Below, piece after piece: positions 52,063-61,842 of a DNA stretch of 64,000 nt. The notes under the pieces are model-generated. The model was not told where the DNA came from, searched no databases, and saw nothing but the letters and a program-made list of their open reading frames with translations. Every line of letters begins with the position of its first letter. The first letter of the stretch is position 1. The DNA comes from Candidatus Multivoradales bacterium. GTDB taxonomy: Bacteria > Acidobacteriota > Thermoanaerobaculia > Multivoradales > J023. The position numbers and the translations under genes are program-made. The stretch covers positions 1,152,001-1,216,000 of the forward strand of contig CBDFLE010000006.1 of assembly GCA_965248925.1 (NCBI GenBank), written 5' to 3'.

Positions 52063-52675
52063 CGATGAGGGCCACTGGACTCTGAGCCCAGAGGCGCTCG
52101 GACGGTTCCTCATCCTGCTCGACGCCGATATCGTTCGAGCGGGGCACAAATACGAAAACCTGCGACAGAAGCTGATCCGCTTGTTCGAGTGGCGTGGCTG
52201 CGTTTTCGCCGAAGATCTGGCGGACGAGACCATCAATCGTGTTGTACGAAGGATCGATCATAGGGTCGAGGTGGGTACCAACGACGTCTTCCGTTATGCA
52301 GCGGCGGTTGCCCAGCGAGTCTTCTTGGAGCACCTGCGAGAGGTCAAGCGAGCGCGGCCGGACCCCAGGGAGGCGCATGGACCTCCCTGGCTCCCCGGCC
52401 GACACGAAACCACCGACCTGCGACTCGTTGGCCTCGAGACCAGCCTGAAGCGGCTGACCACCGATGAGCGCAGCTTGATCGTTCGGTACTATGCCGGCGA
52501 CCACGGCGTTCGGATCCGCAACCGGCGACAGCTGGCAGCAGATCTTGGGCTGTCACCGAGCAACCTACGCATCCGAGCTTATCGCTTGCGAGCGCGGCTC
52601 GAGTCGTTGATCAAGGACGAGATGTGCAAGTTCGGCAGCCCAGTCGAGGAGGTCAAGAATGAATCACTCACCTGA
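52049..52675 (+). CDS. ECF-like sigma-70 factor
   Basis: LRQKLIRLFEWRGC..EDLADETI..; LAADLGLSPSNLRIRAYRLR region 4. Confidence 0.8.
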   Translation: MSRDSDEGHWTLSPEALGRFLILLDADIVRAGHKYENLRQKLIRLFEWRGCVFAEDLADETINRVVRRIDHRVEVGTNDVFRYAAAVAQRVFLEHLREVKRARPDPREAHGPPWLPGRHETTDLRLVGLETSLKRLTTDERSLIVRYYAGDHGVRIRNRRQLAADLGLSPSNLRIRAYRLRARLESLIKDEMCKFGSPVEEVKNESLT

Positions 52676-53228
52676 CTTGCCGGAGAGATTCCTCTGCCTT
52701 CTGACCGGTGAGACCAGCGAAGCCGAGCGCTTGGACTTCGAGCGCGCGATCCTCGAAGACGACGAGCTCTTCCAACAGCTTGCAGTGCTCGAGAATGAGC
52801 TCGTGGATGCCTTCGTAAACCGCGAGCTGGACGCCGAATCCTCCCGGCAGATCGGGAAGAGGATAGCGGTTTCACCCCGATTACAAGCGATGGCCGAAAC
52901 CACACTGGCCCTCACAACCTGGTATGGCGCGCGATCAACGGGTTACAGCCCAGAGGGCGAAGAGGTGAAGACAGGGCCGCCCACGATCTCGCCCCGCTGG
53001 CGCCGTCGGCTCGCCATCGGGATGGCGTTGGTCGCCCTGGTCGGAAGTGCCTGCGCGGCCACCATGTACGTCGCCACCTTGAATCGCTCCGTCCGCGACA
53101 TCGAAAGAGAGCTCGCCGAGCTGAAACGAGAAACCCGAGCGATCGAGGAGACAGTCGCCGGCCTGCGGGACCTGAACCAAACCCTGGTCCTCCGAGTAGC
53201 TCGCATGGAGGCAGCGGCAAAGCATTGA
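52659..53228 (+). CDS. Putative anti-sigma factor (zf-HC2-like, Cys-less) with TM and coiled coil
   Basis: LLTGETSEAERLDFE..ENELVDAFV; overlaps the ECF stop. Confidence 0.7.
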   Translation: MNHSPDLPERFLCLLTGETSEAERLDFERAILEDDELFQQLAVLENELVDAFVNRELDAESSRQIGKRIAVSPRLQAMAETTLALTTWYGARSTGYSPEGEEVKTGPPTISPRWRRRLAIGMALVALVGSACAATMYVATLNRSVRDIERELAELKRETRAIEETVAGLRDLNQTLVLRVARMEAAAKH

Positions 53229-53365
53229 CCCTGCCCCGATTCTGCAGCGCTCCCCGACAGGGAACATCGGCCTCGACAATCGAGCCGGCAAGTAGGTGTT
53301 CACCAAGGTCTTCAAGGATGGTGTTCATCGACAGCTGATGACCGCACTGCCAATGATCTCGAGTT

Positions 53366-54380
53366 CTACGCAAACGGTGCTTTCTGGTGACCGCTGAGAT
53401 CCTGAGCCGCGCCAGGCCACCGGCTCAGCCGGTCATTCCGCGGCCAGCTCTCGGCACTGGCTGAGAAACGCTCCAGCCAGCGATCGGCATCGGCCCGGTA
53501 GGCCAGCGTTGCGGACCGTGCTAGCTGATCGCTCCAGCGCACTACCCTCAGGGCCGCGACCAAGCCGGCCGGCGCCGCCGGGTCGCCCAGCGACCGCTCG
53601 ACCGCCTGATCGATCGCCGAAGGATCAGCCGCGGCATGGAAATCCGCCTCGGCACCTAGTATCTCGAGCACGTCCTCAGCCAGCCAGTTGCCGAATACCT
53701 CTCGCACCGACACCGCCGAGTCGAGGGCTGCCCGCTGGCCGGGCATCGCAAACTGCGCCTGGGCCGCGCTGTGCTCCAATCGAGCCCGCACCAGGGGGTT
53801 GCCCGCCCCGGCCTCCTTCTCAGCCTCGATCTCAGACCAGAACTCGGTCGGTGCGATACTCGCCAGTAGCTCCATGCGCTGCCAACGGCAGAGGCCATGC
53901 TCGGGATGGGCGACCAGGTGATCTTCGAGCTGCCGCCGGAACTCAGCAGCACCGATCTGTCCGCTGCGAGCGGTAAAGAATAACAGGTCGACAAATTCGG
54001 CCTGAGGATCGTCGAGCTGCCGCAAACGCCGAGCGAGGTCGAGGATCTGCTGCCGGTCGCGCAGCATGTCGAGCTGCTGGAGGCGTAGCAATCCCGGCGT
54101 CATTGCAGTGTTCTGCACCAGGTATTGATCGAGCAGCTCGGCGAATCGCCGCGGCTCGAACCACATCCCGGCATGGGCCCACTCAGCATCCGGCGACTCG
54201 CCAGCGAGCAACCTGGCGCTCACCTGGCGGCGCATCTCGTCCAGGTGGCCGGCACGGTCACAAGCCGCTACCAGGCGCTTGGCGAAGGCCTCCTGAACCT
54301 CGAATCCCAACACCCGCGGAACCAGCTCGCCAAGATCTTCGGCAGCAGCCGACCGCAGCTGGTAGACCAAGCAGCCGGGC
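53366..54380 (-). pseudogene. 5'-truncated hypothetical helical protein
   Basis: About 335-codon open frame that runs upstream directly into the repeat cluster without a native start. Confidence 0.55.
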
Positions 54381-54684
54381 AATAGGTACCCGGGCAATAG
54401 GGGCAATAGGTGCCAGGCACATTATGCGGCGGGCACATTATGCGGCGGTAGACCAAGCCGGGCAATAGGTGCCGGGCAATAGGTGCCAGGCACATTATGC
54501 GGCTCGCCAAGATCTTCGGCAGCAGCCGACCGCAGCTGGTAGACCAAGCAGCCGGGCAATAGGTACCCGGGCAATAGGTGCCAGGCACATTATGCGGCGG
54601 TAGACCAAGCCGGGCAATAGGTGCCGGGCAATAGGTGCCAGGCACATTATGCGGGTGCCAGGCACATTATGCGGGCACATTATG
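54381..54684 (+). repeat. Third cluster of the REP-like repeat (4 full plus several half copies, nested duplications)
   Basis: Full copies at 54405, 54478, 54573, 54630. Confidence 0.9.
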
Positions 54685-54687
54685 CGG

Positions 54688-55342
54688 CGGTGGCCTGCCC
54701 TCCCAGGGGCGGCAAGAGACCTGGCGAGATGTCGGTGTAGAGCGCCCTGACGGCCTCGAAAAGGTGGTCGTCGAACGCGGCTTAGAGCCCAAGAGCCAGG
54801 TGCGGATCAACTGGTTTGGTGACGCCCCCTGGAGTCGCCAGGAGCATCACGTGCTGATCACCTTCAGCAGCGCCCTGGGGAATCGCTTGCGCGAGGTGCT
54901 GCGCGAAGATCTCGGCGGCACTTACGGCGTCTCCGTCGGCGGTCAATTGAGCCGGCGACCTCGCTCGACCTACGGTTTTCAGATTGGTTTTGGCTGTTCT
55001 CCGGAAAACGTCGACGAACTCACCGAGGCGGTTTTCGCCGAGATTCGCCGAGTCCGCACCGCAGGTCTCGACCCGAAGTACCTGGAAAAAGCCAAAGAAG
55101 CCCAACGCCGCCGCCGCGAAACTCAGCTGCGGGAAAACGGCTCTTGGCTAGCGGCCCGCAGAACCTACCTGACCTTCGACACCGACCCGCGGCTGCTGCT
55201 GCGCTACGACGAACTGGTCGATGGCGTCACCAACCAAGACCTGCAAGAAGCCACTGAGCGCTATCTGTCGCTCGATCACTATGTGCTGGGAGTCCTGCTG
55301 CCCGAGGCCAGCGCAGAAAAAAGCACCGAGCCTGTTTCTTGA
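54688..55342 (+). pseudogene. Diverged duplicate of the pqqL 3' end
   Basis: Collinear with 43567..44221 (offset 11121), scattered substitutions; no start codon or catalytic domain. Confidence 0.92.
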
Positions 55343-55398
55343 GCTACACCTCGCTGGCTCCTTTGCCGTAGCGTGGTCCAGCCGAGCCTGCTGCTCAC

Positions 55399-56235
55399 TC
55401 ACTCGTGAGCGAGCAGTATCTCGAGCACGATCGGCTCGCCCGCAGGATTGACGGCATAGACTCCGATCTCAGCAGCCACTTGAGTTTCGGTCTCAAGCAC
55501 CAGACCTTTGGCACCGGCGGCGCGTTGCGCCAGCTGAACCCCAGCAACCAGCCGGGGAGGCCCGCCGTGAGTCTCAGGCACGGGCGCTCTGCTGCTCGGC
55601 ATGCTCTGCTCAAGGCTCTCGACATCCGGCGCCAAGATCACCACCAGACGCTCGGTCCCGCGACGGTGATCGAAGCGAAACCACGCATCGGGCCCTGGCA
55701 AGATGCGATCGATGCCGGCTCGCATGGTGCGATCAACAAGCCCCTTGTGCGGGGCCGGGAAGAGCACCGACGCGGCGCCTGCCGATAGTTGCAGCAACGA
55801 AATCACCCCATCGCGATTGCTTTCGCAGTGCAGCCGAATGCGCTCACCACTGCGAAACGTCCGCGATGGACTGACCTCTATAACCTCGGTCACCCCGTCC
55901 TCGACCAACTCCACCCAACATCTCAAGCCAAGGTTTCGGGGCCGGTGGACGACGGGCTGAGCGCTCAGCTCGCTGCCTGCCGGTGGCTCGGTGCGAGGGT
56001 GCGCGACTCTCTCCCCTTTCACATCGCTGGCCGGAGCCAGCGAAACCAGCTCCCCCACGCCGCCATCGGGAGCAAAGAACAGCTCTTTGGCACCAGCAGC
56101 GGAGGCCGGGGCCGGCTGGGACTCAGCAGCGGTCAACCCGGCCGGCACCCAGCCGGCGAGCAACAGCCCAAAGACCCACGCTTGAATGACGAGAGCGCCC
56201 ATCCCCACCTTCTGAATTGATGTCTTGGGTCCCAC
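55399..56235 (-). CDS. Exported DUF4384-domain protein
   Basis: Signal peptide; AKELF, FRSGERIRL..SNRDG..LFP..WFRFD..GTERL. Confidence 0.8.
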   Translation of the reverse strand: MGPKTSIQKVGMGALVIQAWVFGLLLAGWVPAGLTAAESQPAPASAAGAKELFFAPDGGVGELVSLAPASDVKGERVAHPRTEPPAGSELSAQPVVHRPRNLGLRCWVELVEDGVTEVIEVSPSRTFRSGERIRLHCESNRDGVISLLQLSAGAASVLFPAPHKGLVDRTMRAGIDRILPGPDAWFRFDHRRGTERLVVILAPDVESLEQSMPSSRAPVPETHGGPPRLVAGVQLAQRAAGAKGLVLETETQVAAEIGVYAVNPAGEPIVLEILLAHE

Positions 56236-56246
56236 AATTACCTCCC

Positions 56247-57566
56247 TTAGCGCCGCTTAGCGTCAAAGTTCTGAATGCCCTCGATAATCCCTGAGCTGAC
56301 CTCGGCACGGGCCAGTTCGACCAAACCCATGGGCGAAGTGTCCAATGCCACCTGATCAGCCGATTTGATGGCCGACAAGATGATCTCGTCCGACAGCCCA
56401 GCCCTGCTCATCTCGATCACCGCCGCATTGGTCAGAGCCGGCTCGGCCTTCGAGCCCAGACCTTTGGCACCACTCAGGCGGCCACCCAGCGGTCGAGTGC
56501 TGGCCACGGCATTCGCACTCGCCGCGTCGGCATCGCTAAATTCAATCACCCGCTGAAACTGCTCCAGGGCCGAGCGCGCTCGATCGATCGGCGCCATCGC
56601 CTGTTTGCGCTCGGCGTCAAGACTCATCAATCCCTTGGCCATGGCCACCAACCCGTTGCCCTTGAATCCCACGGAAAAGAGCTTCTCTCCCGGGTTGAAC
56701 TGAATCGCCCGTTGATAGTGAGCGGTGGATTCTTCGAGATAGCGGATCGAGATCGCGGCCTCCTCTGCCAAGTAGCCAAGAGCCTCGTAGGCCACGCCCA
56801 GGGAGTACTCGCGATAGGACTCTTCTTTCGGCTTCGACCGCGGAGGCTGTGCCTCGAGGGCCTCCAAATAGGGATTCCAAAGTCCTCCACGGGCCAGATT
56901 GCGCAGCTCCTTGAGGCTACCCCCGGGCAGCAAAACACCGATGCTCTCGCGAGTCGGTGTCAAACCGCGGGCAATTTCTGCGACGGTGGAGTCGATCGAT
57001 CGGCGCTCTAGCTCAGCGCGGTTGGGAGCACCGCGCCCTTCTTCGAAGTCTTCGCTCCACTGCCGGCTGATGGTCTCCGCCGCCAACACTGACGCACTGC
57101 GCTTGTCAGTGACTTTGTAGGTCACGGCGAAAACATGGGAGAGCACCTTGAATTTGATCCGTTTGTCGACCAGGACGTACTGTTGCCGCCCTTTCGAGTC
57201 CTTGCCCGCCGGCACACTCTTCTTGACCGTTCGAGTCTCCCACCCCTCGCTGTAATCGTTGTCCACTAGCGCCACCTCGACCACCGTATCGGGACCTCGC
57301 TCATCGAGGATTAGACGGGAATCATTGCCCAACAACTCGCTCTCGAGCAAGGTCACCAGCTGCTTCTGCAGCGGGTCGCCAGCGTGCGACGAATCCGCTC
57401 TCACGTCGACGCGGGTCCCCGCAATATAGACATCCGCTGGCCTGACACGGTCGAGCTGTACGGTCGCCTTCTTCATCCCGAAACCCTCTTTGGAGGCCAG
57501 TTCCGCTACGCCGAGGAGCGGTAGCAAACAGAAAATAGATAGGGTTCGAATAACCGTTTTCATCAA
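56247..57566 (-). CDS. Exported TPR-like hypothetical protein
   Basis: Signal peptide; YSLGVAYEALG..YQRAIQFNP; C-terminal LTNAAVIEMSRAGLSDEII repeat; GAGGA RBS. Confidence 0.7.
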   Translation of the reverse strand: MMKTVIRTLSIFCLLPLLGVAELASKEGFGMKKATVQLDRVRPADVYIAGTRVDVRADSSHAGDPLQKQLVTLLESELLGNDSRLILDERGPDTVVEVALVDNDYSEGWETRTVKKSVPAGKDSKGRQQYVLVDKRIKFKVLSHVFAVTYKVTDKRSASVLAAETISRQWSEDFEEGRGAPNRAELERRSIDSTVAEIARGLTPTRESIGVLLPGGSLKELRNLARGGLWNPYLEALEAQPPRSKPKEESYREYSLGVAYEALGYLAEEAAISIRYLEESTAHYQRAIQFNPGEKLFSVGFKGNGLVAMAKGLMSLDAERKQAMAPIDRARSALEQFQRVIEFSDADAASANAVASTRPLGGRLSGAKGLGSKAEPALTNAAVIEMSRAGLSDEIILSAIKSADQVALDTSPMGLVELARAEVSSGIIEGIQNFDAKRR

Positions 57567-57604
57567 GCATCCTCCATCTAGGAATGAGTTGGTTTGGAAA
57601 CTGC

Positions 57605-58840
57605 TCAGGGAGCCTGAAACAGGGGCACGACACCGAGGCGCAGGTCGGCTACGCCGCCACTCGGCTGTATTTCTGGGCGCTGAGTGAAGCCGCGATCGCG
57701 AACCACTGCCTGGTTGACCCGGTCGGCAAGCCGAGCAAAGGCTTCCCCCAAGGTCGGCGGCACCGAGCCCTGCAAACTATCGATCAAGTAGTGGGTAAAG
57801 TAGCTATTGCCGAGTTCTTCACTCTCCCACGAGCGCTCGTCGGCGCGGCTTGAGGTGACCACGTAAGTTCCTTCACCCGAAAGGAAACGCTCGGCCGTGC
57901 GCTGGTCGATGCCCGCCCCTTCCACCACCAGCTGCTTCGCCCCACGGGCCAATGCCTGGCCGCTGAAGCAGCTGTCGAGGAAAGTCACCACCCGGCGAGC
58001 CTGCAGCAAAGCCACCTTCGCCGCCAATGCCTGATACTCGATAGCATCCACCCATATGCTGTCGAGAAAGGTGTCGTGGGTTACCAAGTAGCCAACCCCT
58101 TTAAGGCCCTGGGACTTCTGATACGGCGAGCCATGACTGCTCAAATAGAGGACCACCAGATCGTCCTCCGCAGCGACCAGGATCAGTTGCTGCAGAGCAC
58201 TCAGGATCTTCGCTCGGGTCGCATCTTGGTCGGTCAGCAGAGTGACTGAGCCGGCCGGGAAATGGGCTTGCTGCACCAGGAAGTTGGCAAAGTCGGTAGC
58301 ATCCTTGGCGGTGAATCGCAGCTGTGGAATCGCGCTGTCGAGAAAACTGCCGATGCCGACCACCAAGGCAAACTTGCGCCGCACCGGCCCCAGCACCGGT
58401 GCGGGCGGCTCGGCTCCGGGACAGATCATCTGCTCGACCCCACTAAAGGCGGCCCGCTTTTTGAAGCTCTCTGCCTTGCGCCCATCGCCAAGGGCCAGAG
58501 CGCTGCAGTGGGACAGCAGCCACAGCTGGCCCAGGCTTGGGCACAATTCCCGAGCTGTTCCCAGCCGAACCAGAATCTGCCGGTGATCGGTATCCGACTG
58601 GCGTGGCATCGCCGCTACTTCTTCGACCATCTGCCGCGCACGGTTGCAGGCAGCGTTAACTGCCATCAAGGGCTGGCTCACCATTCCTAGCGCGCAGCCC
58701 AGCGCCAGCAACAACAATGACACCCGCCGCTGGCTGGCAGGTCCACGAGAGCCACGACCCACCCGGCCGCTGGCCAGCTCAGGTGCGTTTGCTGAGGGCA
58801 CGGAAGCAGGACGCCTTGCGTATGGGATTGAAGTCATCAT
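57605..58840 (-). CDS. Caspase-family (C14) protease with signal-peptide-like N-terminus
   Basis: KFALVVGI, LTDQDAT, YLSSHG (His), FLDSCFSG (Cys), FTHYL, QRP; start codon uncertain. Confidence 0.9.
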   Translation of the reverse strand: MMTSIPYARRPASVPSANAPELASGRVGRGSRGPASQRRVSLLLLALGCALGMVSQPLMAVNAACNRARQMVEEVAAMPRQSDTDHRQILVRLGTARELCPSLGQLWLLSHCSALALGDGRKAESFKKRAAFSGVEQMICPGAEPPAPVLGPVRRKFALVVGIGSFLDSAIPQLRFTAKDATDFANFLVQQAHFPAGSVTLLTDQDATRAKILSALQQLILVAAEDDLVVLYLSSHGSPYQKSQGLKGVGYLVTHDTFLDSIWVDAIEYQALAAKVALLQARRVVTFLDSCFSGQALARGAKQLVVEGAGIDQRTAERFLSGEGTYVVTSSRADERSWESEELGNSYFTHYLIDSLQGSVPPTLGEAFARLADRVNQAVVRDRGFTQRPEIQPSGGVADLRLGVVPLFQAP

Positions 58841-59477
58841 TGCTCTCGAGATCCTTGAGTACCTGGGATAAGTAAGGGGACTGCTCACGGCGCAACGCCG
58901 CCAGGCCACGGCCGAGGTGTTCGCACACGCGGTCGACCCGCCCCTCGCGAGCGAGCAACAAAGCTAGGTTGTAATGCGCCAGCCACAGATCGGGGTCGTG
59001 GGTAAGAGCCTTCTCGTAGGCCAGGTGCGCTTCTCGGGCGCGACCCAAGGCACCCTCGGCGGCAGCCAATTCGGACCACGAAAGGGCGTCGTCAGGGGCC
59101 AGGCGCGCCGCCTGAGCGAAGGAATCGCGGGCCCGCTGATGGCGCCCCTCTTGCGCCGCCTGACGACCGCGGCGGCGCCAGGAGTCAACCTCGCGGACTG
59201 CGGTGAATGAGTCGTCTTCAGACTCTTGCTCGATCTTGGTGCCCTCGCCCGGTGGGGTCACTCCCTCCTGCCCGCTCCAGAAAGCCACCAAACTCGCAAC
59301 GCCCACCACCGCCAGCACCACCGCAAATAACAGCCCGCGGCGAAAGCCACTCGTCGGCCGCTGCCAATCGTTCTCGCCACAGTTCGGACAACCTTCCAGG
59401 GGTGGTGGCGATGGCGCCCCCTGGCCACAGCAACGACAGTTCAGCCCGAAGGTAGGAATCTGAGTTACATCAACCAA
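58779..59477 (-). CDS. Zn-ribbon - TM - TPR protein
   Basis: CRCC..CPNC, TM GLLFAVVLAVVGVASLVAFW, TPRs (AHYNLA), TPR-end DDFNPIR. Confidence 0.8.
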   Translation of the reverse strand: MVDVTQIPTFGLNCRCCGQGAPSPPPLEGCPNCGENDWQRPTSGFRRGLLFAVVLAVVGVASLVAFWSGQEGVTPPGEGTKIEQESEDDSFTAVREVDSWRRRGRQAAQEGRHQRARDSFAQAARLAPDDALSWSELAAAEGALGRAREAHLAYEKALTHDPDLWLAHYNLALLLAREGRVDRVCEHLGRGLAALRREQSPYLSQVLKDLESNDDFNPIRKASCFRALSKRT

Positions 59478-61842
59478 GGTTCTCTCCCGCCGACGGCAAC
59501 GAGCGCGAGCCACGCCTGCCACGGCCTAGCTTCTTGCGGCGGCTGGGATCGACTCCGTAGTCCGCCAGATTCAAAGTGGTATTGCTGCAGCGATCAAGAT
59601 GGTCGAGGGGATCGTGACGGCGCTCTATCTCGGAGGACGGCAGCTGCTGGCGAATCGCTTCGATGCGCTCCTGGACCGCCCGCAGCTCATCATCGTCGTC
59701 GTCTGGATCGATCCCGTCCGCCAGCAGTTTGGCTTTGCGCTGGCGCAGCAGGTCGAGTTCCTCGGTGAGGTCCCTGGCCAAATCGCGCTCGGCATCGACC
59801 TGCGCCTGCAACTGCTTGAGGCGAGCATCTCGGCGAATCTGGCCGGCGCCGATCTGCAGCTGAGTTTCCTGCTCTACCTCCGCAGTCAGGACCCGCACGC
59901 TCTGCGACTCACTGAGGGTTTGTGCACGCTTGAAACCGGTAAAAGCGATCGACAAGCCAAAGCTCGCGGCGATGGTCTCGCAGGTGGTGTCAAGAACCTC
60001 CTGCAAGGTCATGTGATCGCCCCGGTCGACATATTGCAGAAACTCACTCGGCATGGTGGCTAAGGTCGACTCGATCTCTTCACCCAACACCCGCTTGATC
60101 TCAGCGATCTCCTCTTCCGGTGAATCAAAGCGTCGCGATCTGAAAACATGCCAGCCTTGGCGATGAACCCCTAGAACTTCCACATTAGTAGTCAGCCGCA
60201 CCGTGTCCCGCTGGCCCTGGCTGCGCAGCGGATAGACCTCGACACTGAGCGGATGGAGCCGCGACATCAACGCCTCGACCCGCTGGGTGAGTTCACTCTC
60301 AAGGGGTTTGATGACGACCCGAACACCCTCCATCGCGAAATCCTTGCTGAGTAACTCGATGATCTCTTGCCGCAAAAGGTCAGCCACCGGCTTCTCAGTC
60401 GACCGATCCGAGCGGAAAAGACGCATGTAGACCCGTTCCGGACTCATTCCGTGCAAATGCCTGGCGACCTCGGCACTGACCTTTTTTTCGATGTCTTCAC
60501 TGAGCCGAGAGGCAGCCTCGGGATCGAGGTAGGCACTCAGTACGGGAGCGAAGATGTCGTTGATCTGACCGTTGACAACAATTCCTAACCGCGCTTCGAC
60601 CCGGGGATCCAAGGTGGCGAAGGTCTCTTCTATTTCGAGCGCGATCCCTTCCTTCCAACGCAGGGGTTCGAGTTGTGGAATTGTCGTCAACTGCTGCACT
60701 GAGTAACCTACCTGGGCCACTTGTTCCTCCATGGCCAACTTGAGGCGCTCAGCACCGATGGTTTGGCCGGGGGCGAACTCGACCAGCAGATCGCGATAGG
60801 TCATCTCGAACATCTGGCTGCGAGTCACCGCTTGGATACGCTCAGAAAACCAGGTGTTGATATCATCAATACCGGCGATACGCAGCTTGCCTAGATCCCG
60901 CAGTTCGAGCTGCACGACGTGGCTGACTTCCACCTTATGCACCGTGCCGCGGATGTCGCAGGTCACCGGATAGTGCTCACGCAGATGCTGGGGCGGCACC
61001 TCGGTGGCGGTCTGCGCCTCCAGCCGCAAGAATCCCAAGCGCCGGCCGGCGGGCACCAGCAGGTGCTGATCAAGATGTTGCTGCAGCCGCTCCCGCAAGC
61101 GGGTTCGCAAGTGGAAGATCAACTCGTGCAGACTCACATCCTTGGCCACGAACAGCCGGACCGCTTCGCTCACCAGCCGCTGCCACTCCTCACCTTCAGC
61201 ACCATGGCGCGCCACGGCGGCCGAATCTTCGACTTCGAGCTGAACTTCCACGTTGATCTCGATCACCTCGTCGGCGTCGCGAGCGTGAACCCGGAGGCGA
61301 TCTATGTTGAGATCGATGCGCTGTGGACGCACTTCGCCGCGAGCGCGGATCTGTACTTGTAGGATCAGCCCGAGTTCGCTGTCGGCAAGTTGCCCGAGAT
61401 GCTGCTCCAGCCGGCTGATCAACTGCGGGAAACGCTGGAAGACCTCAGACGGCGAGCCTTGCTTTTGCACGAAACTCTCGAGCTGCCTTTGCAACCAGCG
61501 ATCCAGCGCCACGCCGGGCCCCTCTCGACCCTGGCACAAGTTCGCCACCAGCCGAGCCTCCCCACCCGCTGGACAGCGGGCCCGGTAGACCATCTCCAGC
61601 TCCAGGCGCTCGGCAAAGCTGGCACCTTGGATTTCGCAGCGGGGACCCGGAGCCTCCGCTGCCAGCGAGCGGCTGAACACTCGGAAGTATCGCAGGTTCT
61701 TGCCCAACGTGAACCGAGGTTTGCGGTCGTAAGTGCGCCCGGTCTGGTTATCGATAACCACCAAGCGGCCACCGTCACATGGCGCGGCGGCTTTACTGGC
61801 ATCGATCTCGTATAGCACCTGGGCGAGAGCGTTTCTAGTCAT
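59470..61842 (-). CDS. Hypothetical protein with about five tandem SPFH/Band-7-like units and C-terminal coiled coil
   Basis: 790 aa; recurring beta-beta-alpha-alpha-Gxxh pattern; stop/start overlaps on both sides; fold assignment is inferred. Confidence 0.65.
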   Translation of the reverse strand: MTRNALAQVLYEIDASKAAAPCDGGRLVVIDNQTGRTYDRKPRFTLGKNLRYFRVFSRSLAAEAPGPRCEIQGASFAERLELEMVYRARCPAGGEARLVANLCQGREGPGVALDRWLQRQLESFVQKQGSPSEVFQRFPQLISRLEQHLGQLADSELGLILQVQIRARGEVRPQRIDLNIDRLRVHARDADEVIEINVEVQLEVEDSAAVARHGAEGEEWQRLVSEAVRLFVAKDVSLHELIFHLRTRLRERLQQHLDQHLLVPAGRRLGFLRLEAQTATEVPPQHLREHYPVTCDIRGTVHKVEVSHVVQLELRDLGKLRIAGIDDINTWFSERIQAVTRSQMFEMTYRDLLVEFAPGQTIGAERLKLAMEEQVAQVGYSVQQLTTIPQLEPLRWKEGIALEIEETFATLDPRVEARLGIVVNGQINDIFAPVLSAYLDPEAASRLSEDIEKKVSAEVARHLHGMSPERVYMRLFRSDRSTEKPVADLLRQEIIELLSKDFAMEGVRVVIKPLESELTQRVEALMSRLHPLSVEVYPLRSQGQRDTVRLTTNVEVLGVHRQGWHVFRSRRFDSPEEEIAEIKRVLGEEIESTLATMPSEFLQYVDRGDHMTLQEVLDTTCETIAASFGLSIAFTGFKRAQTLSESQSVRVLTAEVEQETQLQIGAGQIRRDARLKQLQAQVDAERDLARDLTEELDLLRQRKAKLLADGIDPDDDDDELRAVQERIEAIRQQLPSSEIERRHDPLDHLDRCSNTTLNLADYGVDPSRRKKLGRGRRGSRSLPSAGENLG

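Noticed and set aside
52912-53373. Minus-strand ORF coupled to the 53366 stop
   Set aside because: Mostly antisense to the anti-sigma gene; the free 5' part could be a gene remnant but cannot be supported
54268-54680. ORFs with VPGTYCP / IMCLAPI peptide repeats
   Set aside because: Translations of the non-coding 22-bp repeat
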